From assembly GCF_001194135.2 (NCBI RefSeq), contig NC_068998.1:11819750-11883749 (forward strand): 64,000 nucleotides of DNA. Reading direction: 5' to 3'. The notes beneath the pieces are model-generated. The model was not told the origin of the DNA, did no database searches, and was given only the letters and a program-made list of their open reading frames with translations. The stretch's first letter is position 1, and each line of letters begins with the position of its first letter. Both the position numbers and the translations under genes were made by a program. Shown here in pieces: positions 50,825 through 64,000 of this stretch. The stretch is from Octopus bimaculoides. Its lineage: Eukaryota.

Positions 50825-52129
50825 CACACAAAATAAAATAAGAATTTAGGGGGAAAAATAACCCTTCAATAAGAAATACTGCAGAGATTTGTCGAAAAAT
50901 AAAACTGCTATCCTTATAGATATTAGAGTCTTCTTGCAACACATCAGAAATGTGGCTCTCAAAATCATGGGCAGAGATGTCAGAGCTAAGAGTGAATGTG
51001 GCCACCTGGATATTTAAAACTGGGGCCTAGGTGGGCTGAAAAAAGGATGTGGGGATATGTTGGTATATTGTGAAGATGGAGCATGATTGGATTGAAGAGG
51101 ACATGAAGTAGTTGATAAAATCTAGGACACGTAAACTGCTGGAAATCCGAAGCTAAAAACAGTACCATAAATTTGCCATAAAATGCATGTTTGTTTGGAA
51201 AATCAAATCATTGAAAATGAAAAGTATATATTCACCCCTTCAGTTTATAGTAATCTTGTAGTAAAACAACCCAGTTGGTCAACAGGGAGCTAAGACACCT
51301 ACCAGAATAAACTGAATTATATAATGTTAAACAATAAAGTAACATTTTCATGAATCTGTCACTCCAAATCTTTACTCTCCTCTTTGCTATAGACATTACT
51401 TAAATATGCATTCATACAAGCACACTGGAGAGCTGAGATGTGCCTAAGATTGGAGTATTTGTATTATTTCATAATTGGTAGTAATGAACTATCTTACTTT
51501 AAATATTCATTGCTATCATACATTTTAAAAGTCACATATCTAATCATTATTTCAACACCTAATGTTCGTATTTTATTAGCACCATCAATATCATTTGATG
51601 CAATGTAACTCAAAATGAATAATATAGATATAAACTTTTAAAAAATATCTTAAAACAATGTATACATCAATTCAAGTTAGTATATACCTTGTTGATAGCA
51701 AATACGCAAAATATTGAAAAAACAACACGCTGTGTAACGCAAGGGAGATAACTAATGATCTACGAAGGCACAGATTATCTTTTCTTGAAACATGCTGTTA
51801 AAAACTCGGCATTTAGCATTAGTTACAGTTGATAGTAATTTGAATAAGGAGAAGGGATAGTTTATTTTTTTAGTTTAAACACCATATTTCGATCGATATT
51901 TTTGAAATTGGAGAAAAGCGTAAAAATAAGGTTGATTTACAATTGTGTTAGAAGGAATCAATCGCCGTTCTATAAACAATAACATGTCAATTCATTTTCA
52001 CAAGATGTTCCTTCTTGTTCGTGTGTGGCACACGATGCGACACTCAACGCATTTTGCCTTAGTTTACTGCCATCTGACAAGATGGCATCAAAACGGTTTC
52101 TAATTTAGACATAAAGCAAGCAATTCTGA

Positions 52130-52270
52130 GAGGAACTTTCTTAGACACAAAGTTAGCAATTCTGAGGGGTTAGTCGACACCATCGACCCCAATACTAGAC
52201 TGGTATGTTATTTTATCGACCCTGGAGGGTTGAAAGGTTAAGTTGATCACAGCAAGATTTAATGAGAACA
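52130..52270 (-). mobile_element. SINE family A copy (another at about 53560-53740)
   Basis: ccatcgaccccaatactagactggt..ttttatcgaccctggagggttgaaagg core. Confidence 0.7.
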
Positions 52271-55200
52271 AATACTGTAACTTTTTAAAACTTTCTTTGG
52301 ATTTATATTTTAAAATACAATTGTAATTACAATGTAGATAAGAGACATATAAATAGGTCTTTCTAAAAATTCGTATTTAACTGTAAAGGCAAGCTTTCAA
52401 TAAATTTAAATCAACAAAAATATAATCCAATATAATGATTTGTACTTCTTTCTGAAGGACTTAAGCATCCCACCCACACCACCGACCCTGGGTATAGCAA
52501 CAATGCTACTGCTGCAGCTATCAATTTTTACCCAGCCATTATACTTCAGAGTATTTTAATAATATTTTAGGAGTTTAATCCAAACCCTACAAAATGACAT
52601 TAATAAAAATTGATGTATTTTAAACATAGCAAATCAAAGTTCACTTTCAATCAGACATATATATTCCTTGGGTGACCAACGGATGACCAAGATTTAACAG
52701 GATTGTTTCTGCTGCTATGTTCAACATCTCTTATACCTGTGCATACTTAAAAAAAAAAATACAAAGCCAACTTGAAGAGGAAATTGATTGAATCAGCATA
52801 ATGTACACAGCAATAAAAAGCATTGGATCAATTGTTATAAATGATCAAGAAATATAAACAATGCAATGAAAACTATGATTGGAAATGGGACCCCCTTAGC
52901 ACTCCATGTGATTAGTGTGAAAGAATATCAGTTTTAATCTAATACTGTCATTTCAGTATTAGGGATTAGATGTCTATAAGCATTATAAACCAGAGGAGTT
53001 GATTTAATGTAGAGTCCAACAAAGTAAAGCATTTGACAAGTGCTGTATTGTATAGTGAGGTGTGGTGAAAAAGGCAGGAATTAAATATGGATGAATGACT
53101 TATCAAAGGAAGTTATAAATTCAGGTGTGGGAAATATATATAAAAATTAAAAAAAATAAGAAAAAAAGGCAATCTGAGGTTATTATTTTCATACAGAGGA
53201 ATTCAAAATCTATGTGGGTCCAATTCTGGGCATGTTAATTGTAATCCAACTACTTAAAAGTGTCACAACAGAATTCAAGGCTCGAGTGTTATTGAGGGTG
53301 TCTGTAAAACATTAAGATGACCTAATTTGTGAATAGAATCAGTGGAATTTAGAAACAGAGTGTGGAATTAAAAGGATTAAAGGCTCAGTGGTATGTAGAT
53401 ATGGTTAAAGAAAGCTCAGCTAGACACTAGTAAAAGCAACCATTAAATAAGGAAAAGTGATACACTTAAAAATTGATACTACTATCACCTCTATAGCCCA
53501 CAACTTATTCTAAAATAAATATTACGGCTTTTAACAGTAATAGAATTTAATATCTAACTTTGGCATGATGCCAACTTTGGGAGGAGTACAGCGAACTGAA
53601 TCAATTGCACTAGTACGTATTTTATCAATTACAGAACGATGAAAGTTGTAGTTGATCCCAATGGGATTTGAACTCATAATGTTGAACCTAACTACGAACA
53701 CTGTTAGGCATTTTGTCCAATATCTTAATGTTTCTGCCAATACACCACTGCAATGACAATGATGACAATGATTCTTTAAATGGTACTTATGGTCTACATA
53801 ACAATGAAAGGTAAAGCTGATTAAGAGGATCTAAAGAAATGAAACTGTATAACCATAAAGCATTTAATCAAACTTTCTACTATTTATGTTCTTCATTGCA
53901 TTTGTAATAAAAAATGGTGATGACAACAACAGGTTCGCCATCAGATCTTTGACACGAAAAATGGGGAGGGGGAGGATGAAAAGAATGATATCCATGATTT
54001 TCTCCACAATTTTTAACAATATAAAGATTTATCAAGGGATTACCACCTTATAGTGAGCAAACAGGTTGAAAGGACTTAATGAATAGGTCTCATAATCACA
54101 ATACAAGATAGATATTTCAGCATTGGACACTGTGAAAATATCTGAAATGAATGAAATAGCAATCATCTAGGTTGTGGGTGCGCACATCAATATGAAATTA
54201 ACTGCAAATAATAAGTTATTATAATCTGAAAACTAACTGATATATGCTATGGTCAACAGAGAGAAATAGCCAACAATCAAAAGTGTTACTCTCAAAAAAA
54301 AAAAATTAAAAATACACACATGCTAGTGTTCCTGCTACAGTGAAAAAACTTACTCCACAGAAGAGAATTTACCCAATTAATCAAATTTCATAACTCCAAA
54401 ATTCTGTCCTATCAGAAAATACATGTATCTTAAAAAATTATACATTCTGCATGCTTTTAATAAAGATAATATGTTTATGCTGCTCTATGCAGAGCATGTG
54501 TGTACACTGGGGAAAAACTCAGTGCAAAAGGATGAGTTATTGTTGTGATGGCTGCAGTTAGTATATGACTTAAGGGAAAAAGAAAATAAGTTAAACCACA
54601 GTGATGGATCTTGGCAAAAATAATTCTTCACATTATATTAATCCTTTTCTGCTTAAACTCCACTGAAAATCTATCAGATATAACCTGAAGTTATCTCTTT
54701 CAATATGATTAGCATTAGAAAATAGATGGGAGAGTCACAAATGGCTGAATGGATAAGACATAAGAAAACCCAGAACATGGCTGGTTGTTTGTAATGTTAT
54801 ACACAGGTGCAATGTGACAAAAGCTGAATCCCAGGTTTACCTGGCTGTCAATCCCAACAAAACAGCAAAAAATTTTACTGTTGTGAGTAGCAGCAGGAAC
54901 AGCAAGCAAAACTTGATGAAATGCTCCATTGGTATAGCATGAAATGTAGTAAAGCTACTTGATATGGATGAACATTCATTGATAGTAGCTATCTCTGATC
55001 TGAATAAGTCAAGTAAGACTGACAACAGAATCATTGCAGGAAGTAGCACATTTGAACATTCTACACTGTTTAACACTTTAGCATTCGGATTACACTATCA
55101 AATGTAATGTTCATTTATTAATCATAACAGTATCTCGTAGCTTTGGGATTTCAATGATGTGGTTTTTTAAAATTTTTTAGTAGGACTTTATATAGGGTAG

Positions 55201-56192
55201 TTGGAACATAGAACGGAAAGAATATTTGGGTCGGTTTAAATGTTAAAGGATTATATACATAAGAGCATAACAGTATACACGCATGCACAAAACAGAGACA
55301 ACAGCAACATACCAGTGCTGCTGCATTACAGAAAATATTGAAAATTACTATTATTATTATTTTAATCAGCTCAAATCCTTATGCCAGTGAAGAAGCAGTA
55401 TATTTCATTTAGTAAAACCCAGTACATTACAGGTACTTAATTCACCGAAGCTAGAGAGATAATTTTGTTGAGAATAAAATTGTGTCGAGGTATTTCCAGT
55501 CATGAAATACTACTCACTAAAAAGACAGAGCTGTTAATCCAATTTAAAATGAAGACTTGAAGCAGAGATAGGAAGGAAAAGTATTTTCAGTTATAGAATA
55601 CCAGGCTCGTTCATGCTGACTGAGGGGCTGGTGAATAAACTCATGTAATTCATGATGGAAGATGATGATACCATAAAGGAAACTCCATACAAACTAGTTA
55701 ATGCAATAATGCTAAACTAATACATCCTTTACGATAAACTACAATATAGAGGGGGAGGAGAAATTATTATATGAGTAATACGAGTTTTGCACAACATAAT
55801 GGTAATTAATAAACTATAATTAAAAGTACATTTTTAGATTATCCATTATAACTACCATTTTTCAGGTAATACTAATTTTAATAATGCGAAAAATACAAAT
55901 TGGGTTGAAAAACAGGAACACACACACACACACACAGAAGTTGTCTATAAACAAATCAAGTAACATGATCAAAAGTCTGAATATAGCCAAATAATACTGA
56001 TTAGGAGAAAGAATTAATTGTCTGACCTGTGTAATACAAAAAGAGAGTTTAAAATAATAAATACACAGTAGAACTGTAACTTCTTTTAAACATTTGGTTA
56101 AGTACAACGAACAAATATTAAAGGCACATATTAAAGACCTATACCTTTTTCACATTGATTTATGAGGAGAGGAGAAGAAGAAATAAACTTAC

Positions 56193-56234
56193 CTCATGGT
56201 AAAATTGTAATGGCTTTAGCTCAATATAATCCAT
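56193..56234 (-). CDS. Candidate second alternative N-terminal exon MDYIELKPLQFYHE
   Basis: ATG plus 14 open codons ending at a consensus donor GAG|gtaagt in phase 0. No recognised homology. Confidence 0.35.
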
Positions 56235-58220
56235 TGAAAAGAATTGTTTACAACAAACTTCTAACAGAAAATCATAAGTTCAAGCTTATTTTAGAGAATA
56301 TATCAACCAAAGAGCATTGCAGCCAAAAAGAAATGTATTGTTACTTTACACTATCATTGCATATGCTTTAGCTCCAATACACAGCAAGTGAGTATTACAT
56401 AGTTGAAGTTAAATCTTAATCAAAGCAAACAGAATATATATTACAAAGAATGAAATGCTTTCACATCCTTACAGTTGCTCCTTCCAACAGAAAGTAAATA
56501 CTGTAGAAAAGAAGATCCCAAATAACAGCTATTTCACTGTCACTTCCTATCATTGAATGGAAATGAGGTGTTCTTTACAAACATTCTATTTCTGAAGCCA
56601 GGAAGTCTTTAAGACTATCCATTATAATATAAAGGTCATTTAAACTATTGATTGAACTATTTCTAATAGCAACATCTACTTCAAGTGAGTTCATGACACA
56701 ATTAGAGAGAGAGACTACCTGAAACTACTGAAGAATAGGAGGGAAAGAAAATATTAAAACAAAAAAAAAGTAAAAATAAGCAAACAAAAGTCAACTATTT
56801 AAAAAAATATATATACTATTTCATTATGAATTAGAAAATATCTAATTGAAATAATGCATGGAATAATTGTTAAATAACACACATACACACACAAATACAT
56901 GCATGAAAAAAAAAAAAAATCTTTTATCAGTTAGAAAATAATGTTCAATAAAATTGTAGCCAGCTGTTGCATTTTGTTAAATTTTATAAAGAGCAGTAAA
57001 TGGGAACGGCACAGCTGAGGCTTGCTTCATTGGCTCAAGTTGAGTGAGCAGATAAACAGCCTTATGTCGTCAAAAATATCGGGTCTTACAGTGAAGCTAC
57101 AAGTTTTAAATGGCACAGTTGAGAACAATGGAAAGGGACAAACATACAAATGTTGAACGAGAAGGAAAAGGAATACACTAAGATACATACTAAATATAGT
57201 GAGTGTGTGTGTGTGCATACGTGTAAATATATATATATACAGGTAATAATAATAGGGAATTTATAACTAAGAACCTGACATAAAAATATTTTTTTTAAAG
57301 TTACAAAAACTACTGTAACTTTTTTTTACATCTCTGCTCTAAATTTAAGTTTTCTGTGGGTGGGGGTCCCAATGAAATTTGGGTTAACTTTACTACTAAT
57401 TGTCAATAACATTCTTGGTACAAAGTCCCTCGAGATGCTTTAATGCATGCAAACTATACTGACTCAATGTCCTGTGTAGAAATTTTGGTGAGATCAATTT
57501 TGCTTTTAAACTTGCTGTTAAACAACCAATAAAACAAGTCTCAATAATCTATTGAGATTAATTCGATTGACTATATTTCCCTAATGGACAAAATGTGACA
57601 GGTCAAAATGAAAATTAGGATTTAAAAAATTAATAAAAAATAAAAAAACTCCAACAAATAACAGTCTCTCTCTGAACAAGAGAAGAGAAATTGATCAGAC
57701 CTCTATATACAATGAAATAATAATTTTGCAAGCTAAGTTTTGTACAGGACATTTATAAATATTGGCTTATTAAAAACAGGTTTTCAAGCTTAATGATCAG
57801 GGTATGTGATTAGATGCTAATTTAAAGGAAAGAAATAACAAAAAACAAAAATACAACTAGGAGCATATGCAGGGAAGATTGCAATGTTTAGTGATTAAAA
57901 AAAAAAATTATGATTCTATTCAAATCATTGAATCTGTGACAAGTTAATTTATTCATTGAATATTTCTGTCATACAGGTACATGTGTATGTACCTCGTTAC
58001 TGTCACTTGGCCCTATAATAAAACTGATCAAGAAGATATAATCAGAAATGTTCCAGCCTGGAAAAATACATTTTATTGTAGATCCAGGACCACAATGTCC
58101 AGTGTCCCCTTTCAGTTTTAAGATGGAACGGTTTGATTCGTGGAAAATCTGGTTGCTATTTATAATACGATCAAGCAATCACATAAGTGTTTTTTTCATT
58201 GGTTTGTAAGGTGTTAGATA

Positions 58221-58254
<34 letters not shown>

Positions 58255-59113
58255 CTGCATATGCACACATGCCATGATCCATCATCTAAAATCTGTCATC
58301 CATGCTGTCATGGGTTGAACAGCTTGAGATCTGAAGAGTCAGAGGAATGCATCATACTCCACTGTCTACTCTGGCATGGTTTCTATGAATGGATGCCCTT
58401 CCTAATGCCACCGTTTTACAGAGTGTACTGGGTGCCTTTTTTCGTGGCATCAGCACCATCTCGCAAAGTTAAATGCCTAAAGTAGCCCCTATAATCGAGA
58501 GAGAATGCAGAGATCCTGGAGTAACAGTAGTAGAATAGGCATTAATAATAGCAGGGAAGGAGGGAAGGGACAAAATGGAAAGGCAATAGTGTAGGTTGTG
58601 TGGGAGGGGTCTTTATATATGCACAGAGAGAGAAAGATAGACAGACAAACGAAGAGGAGATTTTGTTTATAACTGTTTTAGAATGCTAGCATTGGTTAGA
58701 TGAATATTATATTTGTTTCATATTTACAGGTTTTTCTATGCTAGCATGGGAAAGACAAATATTAAACGAACACAAACACACATTGTATGTGTGTGTGTGT
58801 GTGTGTGTGTTGATTCAGCAGTGTCTACATTAAGTTTGCCCCCAAAATGCCAATGATTTGATGTTCTCCAGTAAAGAACACTCATCTGCTTCATCAGCTG
58901 TGATATGTGAAGGCCAAAAGAATTTAAATTACTTTAATTACGAAAACCAGTGCGATTTGGTGACCAAAAGAGTCTCTGGCTAGAGAAAGCATGTAACAAT
59001 AAAACTCAAGCCTAACCCATGCTAATAGGAGAAATGAATGTAAAACCATGCATATATACGAGCGTTTAAACACGTTTGTGTATATATATATATATATATA
59101 TATTTGTGAAGAC

Positions 59114-59385
59114 ACATGCCTTAGTGGTTAGGGTCTTGCACACACGATTGCGAGATCATGGGTTGTTCAATTCCCAGACCGGGTGTTGCGTTCTTGAGCA
59201 AAGCACTTCATTTCACATAGCTCTGTGATCATTTTGACATCTGATATGTGGCACCTGTACAGGTAATGTCGATCTGACGGAGGGAATGAGCTTATGTCTA
59301 CACAAACATTTGATCGCTATAAACAAATCTTCTGTGTGGTTGTTCGATAAGAAATTGTCGAACCTTCATAAATCATCTAACGACA
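59114..59385 (+). mobile_element. tRNA-derived SINE (A-box TAGTGGTTAGG, B-box-like GTTCAATTCC)
   Basis: Pol III boxes followed by a non-tRNA body ending in a (TA)n(CA)n tail. Confidence 0.7.
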
Positions 59386-59399
59386 GGAGTGTCCATCAT

Positions 59400-59475
<76 letters not shown>

Positions 59476-60399
59476 GAAAATGGATGAAAAACGATAGCTA
59501 TATATATATCCATATTAGTACATACACACAGACATAAATATAGGAATGCATATTGTACCAAAAGTAATGCAAAAGTGGGAATACTCTTATTTTTAACAGA
59601 CACAGGTCATTCAAATTACAAAGGTTGATAGAGTTATTACTCTTCTTCTTCCTGTCCGTCTTCATTGCAAGCAATTAATGAATTCTGAGCAGAAGCAATG
59701 TGTTGTTGTTAAGCTTTTGATGATGTCCAAAACTCACAGAAGGCTACACATCATTCAAGTAGATGATGTCATTGTCAAAAGCAAAAAGTGTACAGATGGA
59801 TGTAAAAGTTTAAAGAAGGAGAAACCTAGCACTGAAGACAAACTACACAGTGGGAAACTAATCCACTGTGACCACCAACACAAATTACCTGGAAGTACAT
59901 ACTTTAAAGTAAAATTCAGAATTAGTATTAAAAAATGTTTTTTTTTACAATGTCCTTTAAAAATGTTGCTTGAAATAATTTTAAACATTGCATATAAATA
60001 ATAGGCTCTTTCTATGTTGCATTTGCTCTGAAAATTTTGTAATTACTTATGATACCTAACTAAAACAAATAAAAATTATGTTGTTCCTTTGTGAAATCAT
60101 TGTTAAAATTAGCTCAACAAGGAAGACCAGAAATGATGTATGATAGCGATGCTCATTTATAATTATCACTTAATATCTAGACAAATGTAGACACAAACAT
60201 ACACACGTAAATGCATACATACACACATACAACAGGTTTTGGCTGGCCTGGGGCTATTGTAGAAGATACTCCCACATGGTTGGGAAGCAAGCTTCTTCAC
60301 CACCCAGACATGCCTGTGCCTATAGGTATAAAGGTATAAATTTTCCTGGGTTGATATACAAATAATATTGGCAGCAAAATGGATAAAGTAATCAACTTA

Positions 60400-60840
60400 G
60401 TCATGAGTGAGAGAGAGGATAATTAAGATTACAATAGTCTTAGTTAATGCAGTTGAGAAATTTATCTCTGCATATACATCACAATCTGGATTGGTAGATG
60501 GACAGAAGTGAAAGACAAACTGCGATACTTGTATATGAACTGCAATGCTACAAAGTAGGAAGATCTGGGGCCTTGAATATGAGGACCTGTGAAGACTGAG
60601 CCCAAGAGGAATCAGATGTAGTATGCAAGAGAGAATACTGTATAAAGAAGTGCCAATTGTTTGCAGTAGATGGAACCTGAGGGAGCCAAAAAAAATCCAG
60701 GAAGATGTGGGATGAGATGGAAGGTTGATCTCAGGATGCTGAGCAACGTGGAAGAGAAGACAAAGAACCAAGATGATTGGTGTGATATACAGGGGTTGAG
60801 AAAATCTGTCCAGCTGGGCTAGTATGGGTATGACAGTGAG
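60400..60840 (+). mobile_element. Internally deleted RTE-like LINE (endonuclease remnant joined to 3' end)
   Basis: SERIIKITIVLV..FISAYTSQSGL resembles the APE motif SxRI...ISAYAPQxG. KKCQLFAVDGT..SRKMWDE resembles the RTE C-terminal GRPRKTWDE. Confidence 0.6.
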
Positions 60841-61599
60841 GCTCTCAAAGCACAATGTGTATGTACATATCTAGGTCTCTCACTCATTGCCCCTTCCAAG
60901 TCTACAACTGCTACTTTTCCTTCCATTTCCCCCACTCAGACAGACAGACAGTGGGATCCCGCTTCTGAACAACTTCCTACTGACACCATCCTTTATTTCT
61001 ACCATTAACTACTACCACCCTTGTTCATATCCAATTCCCACCCCATCCTACCCTTTTATCTTCCTCTCACTCATCCCTCCTCCACCTCTCTTATCTACTA
61101 CTTTTGTACTGCCAGTCAACACTCCCTCTTCTCTGAGCTACACCTAATTGACATCCCTCCCTGTTATTCCTATCATCATCTCCACACTCATATTTACCAT
61201 CCCACCATCCCTGTTTACCATTCACTACATTCATCCCCTATACACATCTCACTACTCCCACTCCATGTTTTTATCTATCTCTTACTCTCCTCCCACACTC
61301 TTGCACTTTACCAACCCTCCCTGATTCTTCTGTACCCCATGCCCTCTTCTATCCACCTTCTTAAGCATATTACCATGAGACTACTTTACCTCAATGCCAC
61401 TGTATTTACCTCTCTTTGAGTACCACTCCAGCCATCTTCTCCGACCATGTACTCCACATGACAGTCAAGAGGATCTTAAAAGCTTTGCATTATGGAGGAC
61501 TGGCCTCTGGCAACAGACCACCAGGACCACTCCATCTTACTTATATTTAATAGGTAAACATAATGGATCTCCAATTTGGTCTTTGCACCTATCTCCATA

Positions 61600-62010
61600 T
61601 ATGGTCATGAAATGCACCATCACAAACACAAGTAACTGAAACAGGGTTCTATCGAATGATTTCTGGGGTAACACTACTTGACAGGATTGTGTAGTTCAGA
61701 GATTGAGAAGTCCCTCTAGTTTGAGCTGCTACTTCTTCACACTGAGAGGTCACAGCTCCGGTATTACAAACATGTGATTAGAATGTTATAGGAAAGAAAT
61801 GCAAGACAGATTCTTCAAGCAAATCAACTGGCAGGAGAGCTAAAGACAGACTGAGAATGAAACAGCTGGATAATATTCAGTCTCAGTTGGTCACGCTTGG
61901 GAATCGAACTGGAAAGTCTAACAATGGTTGCTTCTGATAGGACCCTATGGAGGAGGTGCCCAAGGGCTCTACTCCAACGACACACCCAGGAATAGTGGGG
62001 TGGAAAAGAT
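61600..62010 (+). mobile_element. RTE-clade LINE 3' fragment
   Basis: Remnant FYRMISGVTLLDRI..TGRRAKDRLRMKQLDNI resembles RTE FLRRISGVTLLDR..GRRPRGRPRTRWLD. Confidence 0.65.
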
Positions 62011-62399
62011 GGATGAATAGACTGAAGTATCTAAAGATACTTTGTGAAGAAGAATATCGATTATATAACAGACAATACAAATCAACACAGTTTAATTCAG
62101 CGACTGTTCAAATTAGTCACGGTATGTAACAGAAGTATAAAACACAAGTATAAAATCATTTCAAATAAGATCCACAAACAGTAAGTTAAGAAATTATTCT
62201 TTACTCTTTCCCTTGTTTCAATCATTTGACTGCAATCATGCTGGGGCACTGTACTGAAGACTTTTCGTCAGTTAAATTGTACCAGGTACATTTATTTAAG
62301 TCTGGTACTTATTTTATCGTTTTTTTTCTTCTTTTTTTGCTGAACAGCTAAGCTACAGGACACAAACACATAAATGCACACACACACACACACACACGA

Positions 62400-62552
62400 T
62401 GAGCTTCCACAGTTTCTGTCCACAGATTCCACTCACAAGGCATTGGTCAGCCCAAAGCTATAGTCGAAGACACTTGCTGAAGGTGCCTTAAAATGAGATC
62501 AAATCCAAAACCATGTGGTTGTGAAGTGAACTTTTTCACCGTGCAGCCACAT
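62400..62552 (-). mobile_element. tRNA-head SINE family C copy
   Basis: acagtttctgtccacagattccactcacaaggcattggtcagcccaaagctatagt..aaccatgtggttg. Confidence 0.75.
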
Positions 62553-62739
62553 AGTTTGGTCAGATAGTTTGCCCTTAGGGATGCTTTTGATAACAACTTG
62601 ATACAATTCATACTGATGATTTGACCATGTGGGCAATAAAATTGTCAAGCATCACTTTGATTGTATATGCTCTGTAAGCTTTTTAAAGGAAGCTCTCACT
62701 ATTAAAATTATGAATAAATGATGTAGGCTTTTGAGAGAA

Positions 62740-62800
<61 letters not shown>

Positions 62801-63814
62801 TATATACATACATACATATATAGATAGATATATATAAACTAAAACTTGTTAAATTTGATTACCCTGCAAAAAAGAAAAAGTTTTAATGGATTGCTTCAAT
62901 CACTATTCTAAATTTAGAAATATTCTTCCTATTTATCAAGCAAAAATCAATATTAATTTAATGCATTAACTAAATTTCATATATTTTGGTCTACAAAAAA
63001 AAAAAACTACTCTTTCTTGTATTTCTTTTTATTTGCACAGCTTTTAAAATATATTTCACATATTTAATTTTTGCTCAAAGCTCACATCAAAGATAGTGAG
63101 TAATAACAGTAATTTTAATCTAATACTAATTGAGGTAGTCACCAATTTCTCTTCATAATCAATATGGAGAGATATATATACAAATTGTTACATGTAAAGC
63201 CTACATAACAAAGGCACTATATTCATGTAATTAGTCACGTTATACTAAACAGTCATATCCACAGTACTTGTAGAGTTACGCAGCTACAGTAGATGTTGTT
63301 GAAATAGTTACTTTAACAAATGTTCCATGTGTGTTAAAAGTAAAACAAATTAGATTATTAAGAAAAGAAAGAAAAAATTGTAAAGTTGATTTAATTAAAA
63401 CTTTAGGATTTTAATATAACATAAACAGGTTGTGTTGTATTTGTATATCTTTCCATAAAGTGAACAAACTAGAGAATAGTGGCTTGACAGCTAAACTAAA
63501 GAATTAACAGCTACTTGTGACAGGCAAACTTCAAAAGGTACCAGTTCTTCAAGCAATCATCCTACCACATCGCAATGCAGAAATTTATAGATGAAGTTAA
63601 AATGTACTTTGGATCCGTTTTTCTACATCTGGAATACTTAAAACTGTAAAATGATACCAAATAGTTATTCATATTTTATCAAAGCTCAATATTATTCCCA
63701 CTTCTATCATCCTGCAGAAAGGAGGCTATGTTCACAACCAGGCTGGTGGAAACTAAAAGATCTGGTTGATGTGAATTTTAAAGGTAAGTTAGTAAATAGA
63801 GATATATTACAGAA

Positions 63815-64000
63815 GAAGACCCCCTTTGGTCATGAATGGCCATGGGATTGTACCTAGAAAGTTACCCTCCAAAGCACAAGTCTGGGCAAGGTTGTTTATG
63901 GAAGACCAGCAGTCGCCCATGCATACCAGCCTTCCCTCTCCATGACACCGATGTTCTCCAAGGGAGAAGTAAAGGCCGATATAGCTTGGCACCAGTGTTG
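63815..64000. mobile_element. Interspersed repeat of uncertain class, GC-richer, truncated by the window end
   Basis: Abrupt GC increase and non-coding appearance. Recalled as a common octopus repeat, unverified. Confidence 0.45.

Noticed and set aside
59114-59200. tRNA gene
   Set aside because: A and B boxes are present, but no cloverleaf or acceptor stem forms and it continues into a SINE body.
62855-62885. Strong minus-strand acceptor ctttttcttttttgCAG|GGTAATC
   Set aside because: All three frames hit stops within a few codons and no plausible donor follows.
143-63992. Most ORF-track entries (60-180 aa)
   Set aside because: They derive from microsatellites, SINEs or N gaps (YIYI, CVCV, HTHT, X runs) and lack coding signatures.
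43770-64000. Search for canonical upstream exons (AD1 LDFS motif, RKVPPGLPSS NLS exon)
   Set aside because: Not found. They are presumed to lie beyond 64000 or to be hidden in a gap.

Overview
AT-rich eukaryotic intron/exon DNA, rich in microsatellites and SINEs, with four assembly gaps. The repeat families look like those of octopus genomes (recalled, not database-checked). One protein-coding gene is seen, on the minus strand: a class I bHLH E-protein (TCF3/TCF4/TCF12/daughterless family). I could assemble 10 phase-compatible GT-AG exons (38897 down to 3080). They encode VYSPSPDE, TGDTLGKALASIYS, the AD2 motif ERLDDAILVLRNHA, and the bHLH domain (RRQANNARER|[14 protein letters not shown]...LEQQVR). 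The last coding exon (ERNLNPKAACL) and the canonical N-terminal exons were not found and probably lie outside the window. The top observation is an in-frame upstream exon at 43705-43764 encoding MYCTTYPFYRTLMYLPPKGN, too short to appear in the ORF track. It resembles the vertebrate HEBAlt/TCF4-A Alt N-terminus and would splice to the same VYxPS exon. Other candidates are a second alternative N-terminal exon (MDYIELKPLQFYHE) and a 39-nt cassette exon with a downstream Rbfox-motif cluster at the position of the HEB optional exon. There is also a symmetric basic-region exon whose skipping would give an Id-like HLH, and a tandem array of 8 E-boxes in the intron that splits the bHLH. The rest is SINEs, RTE-LINE fragments, TTAA MITEs, a decayed hAT transposase and simple repeats. 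All alternative exons are sequence-based predictions that need transcript evidence.
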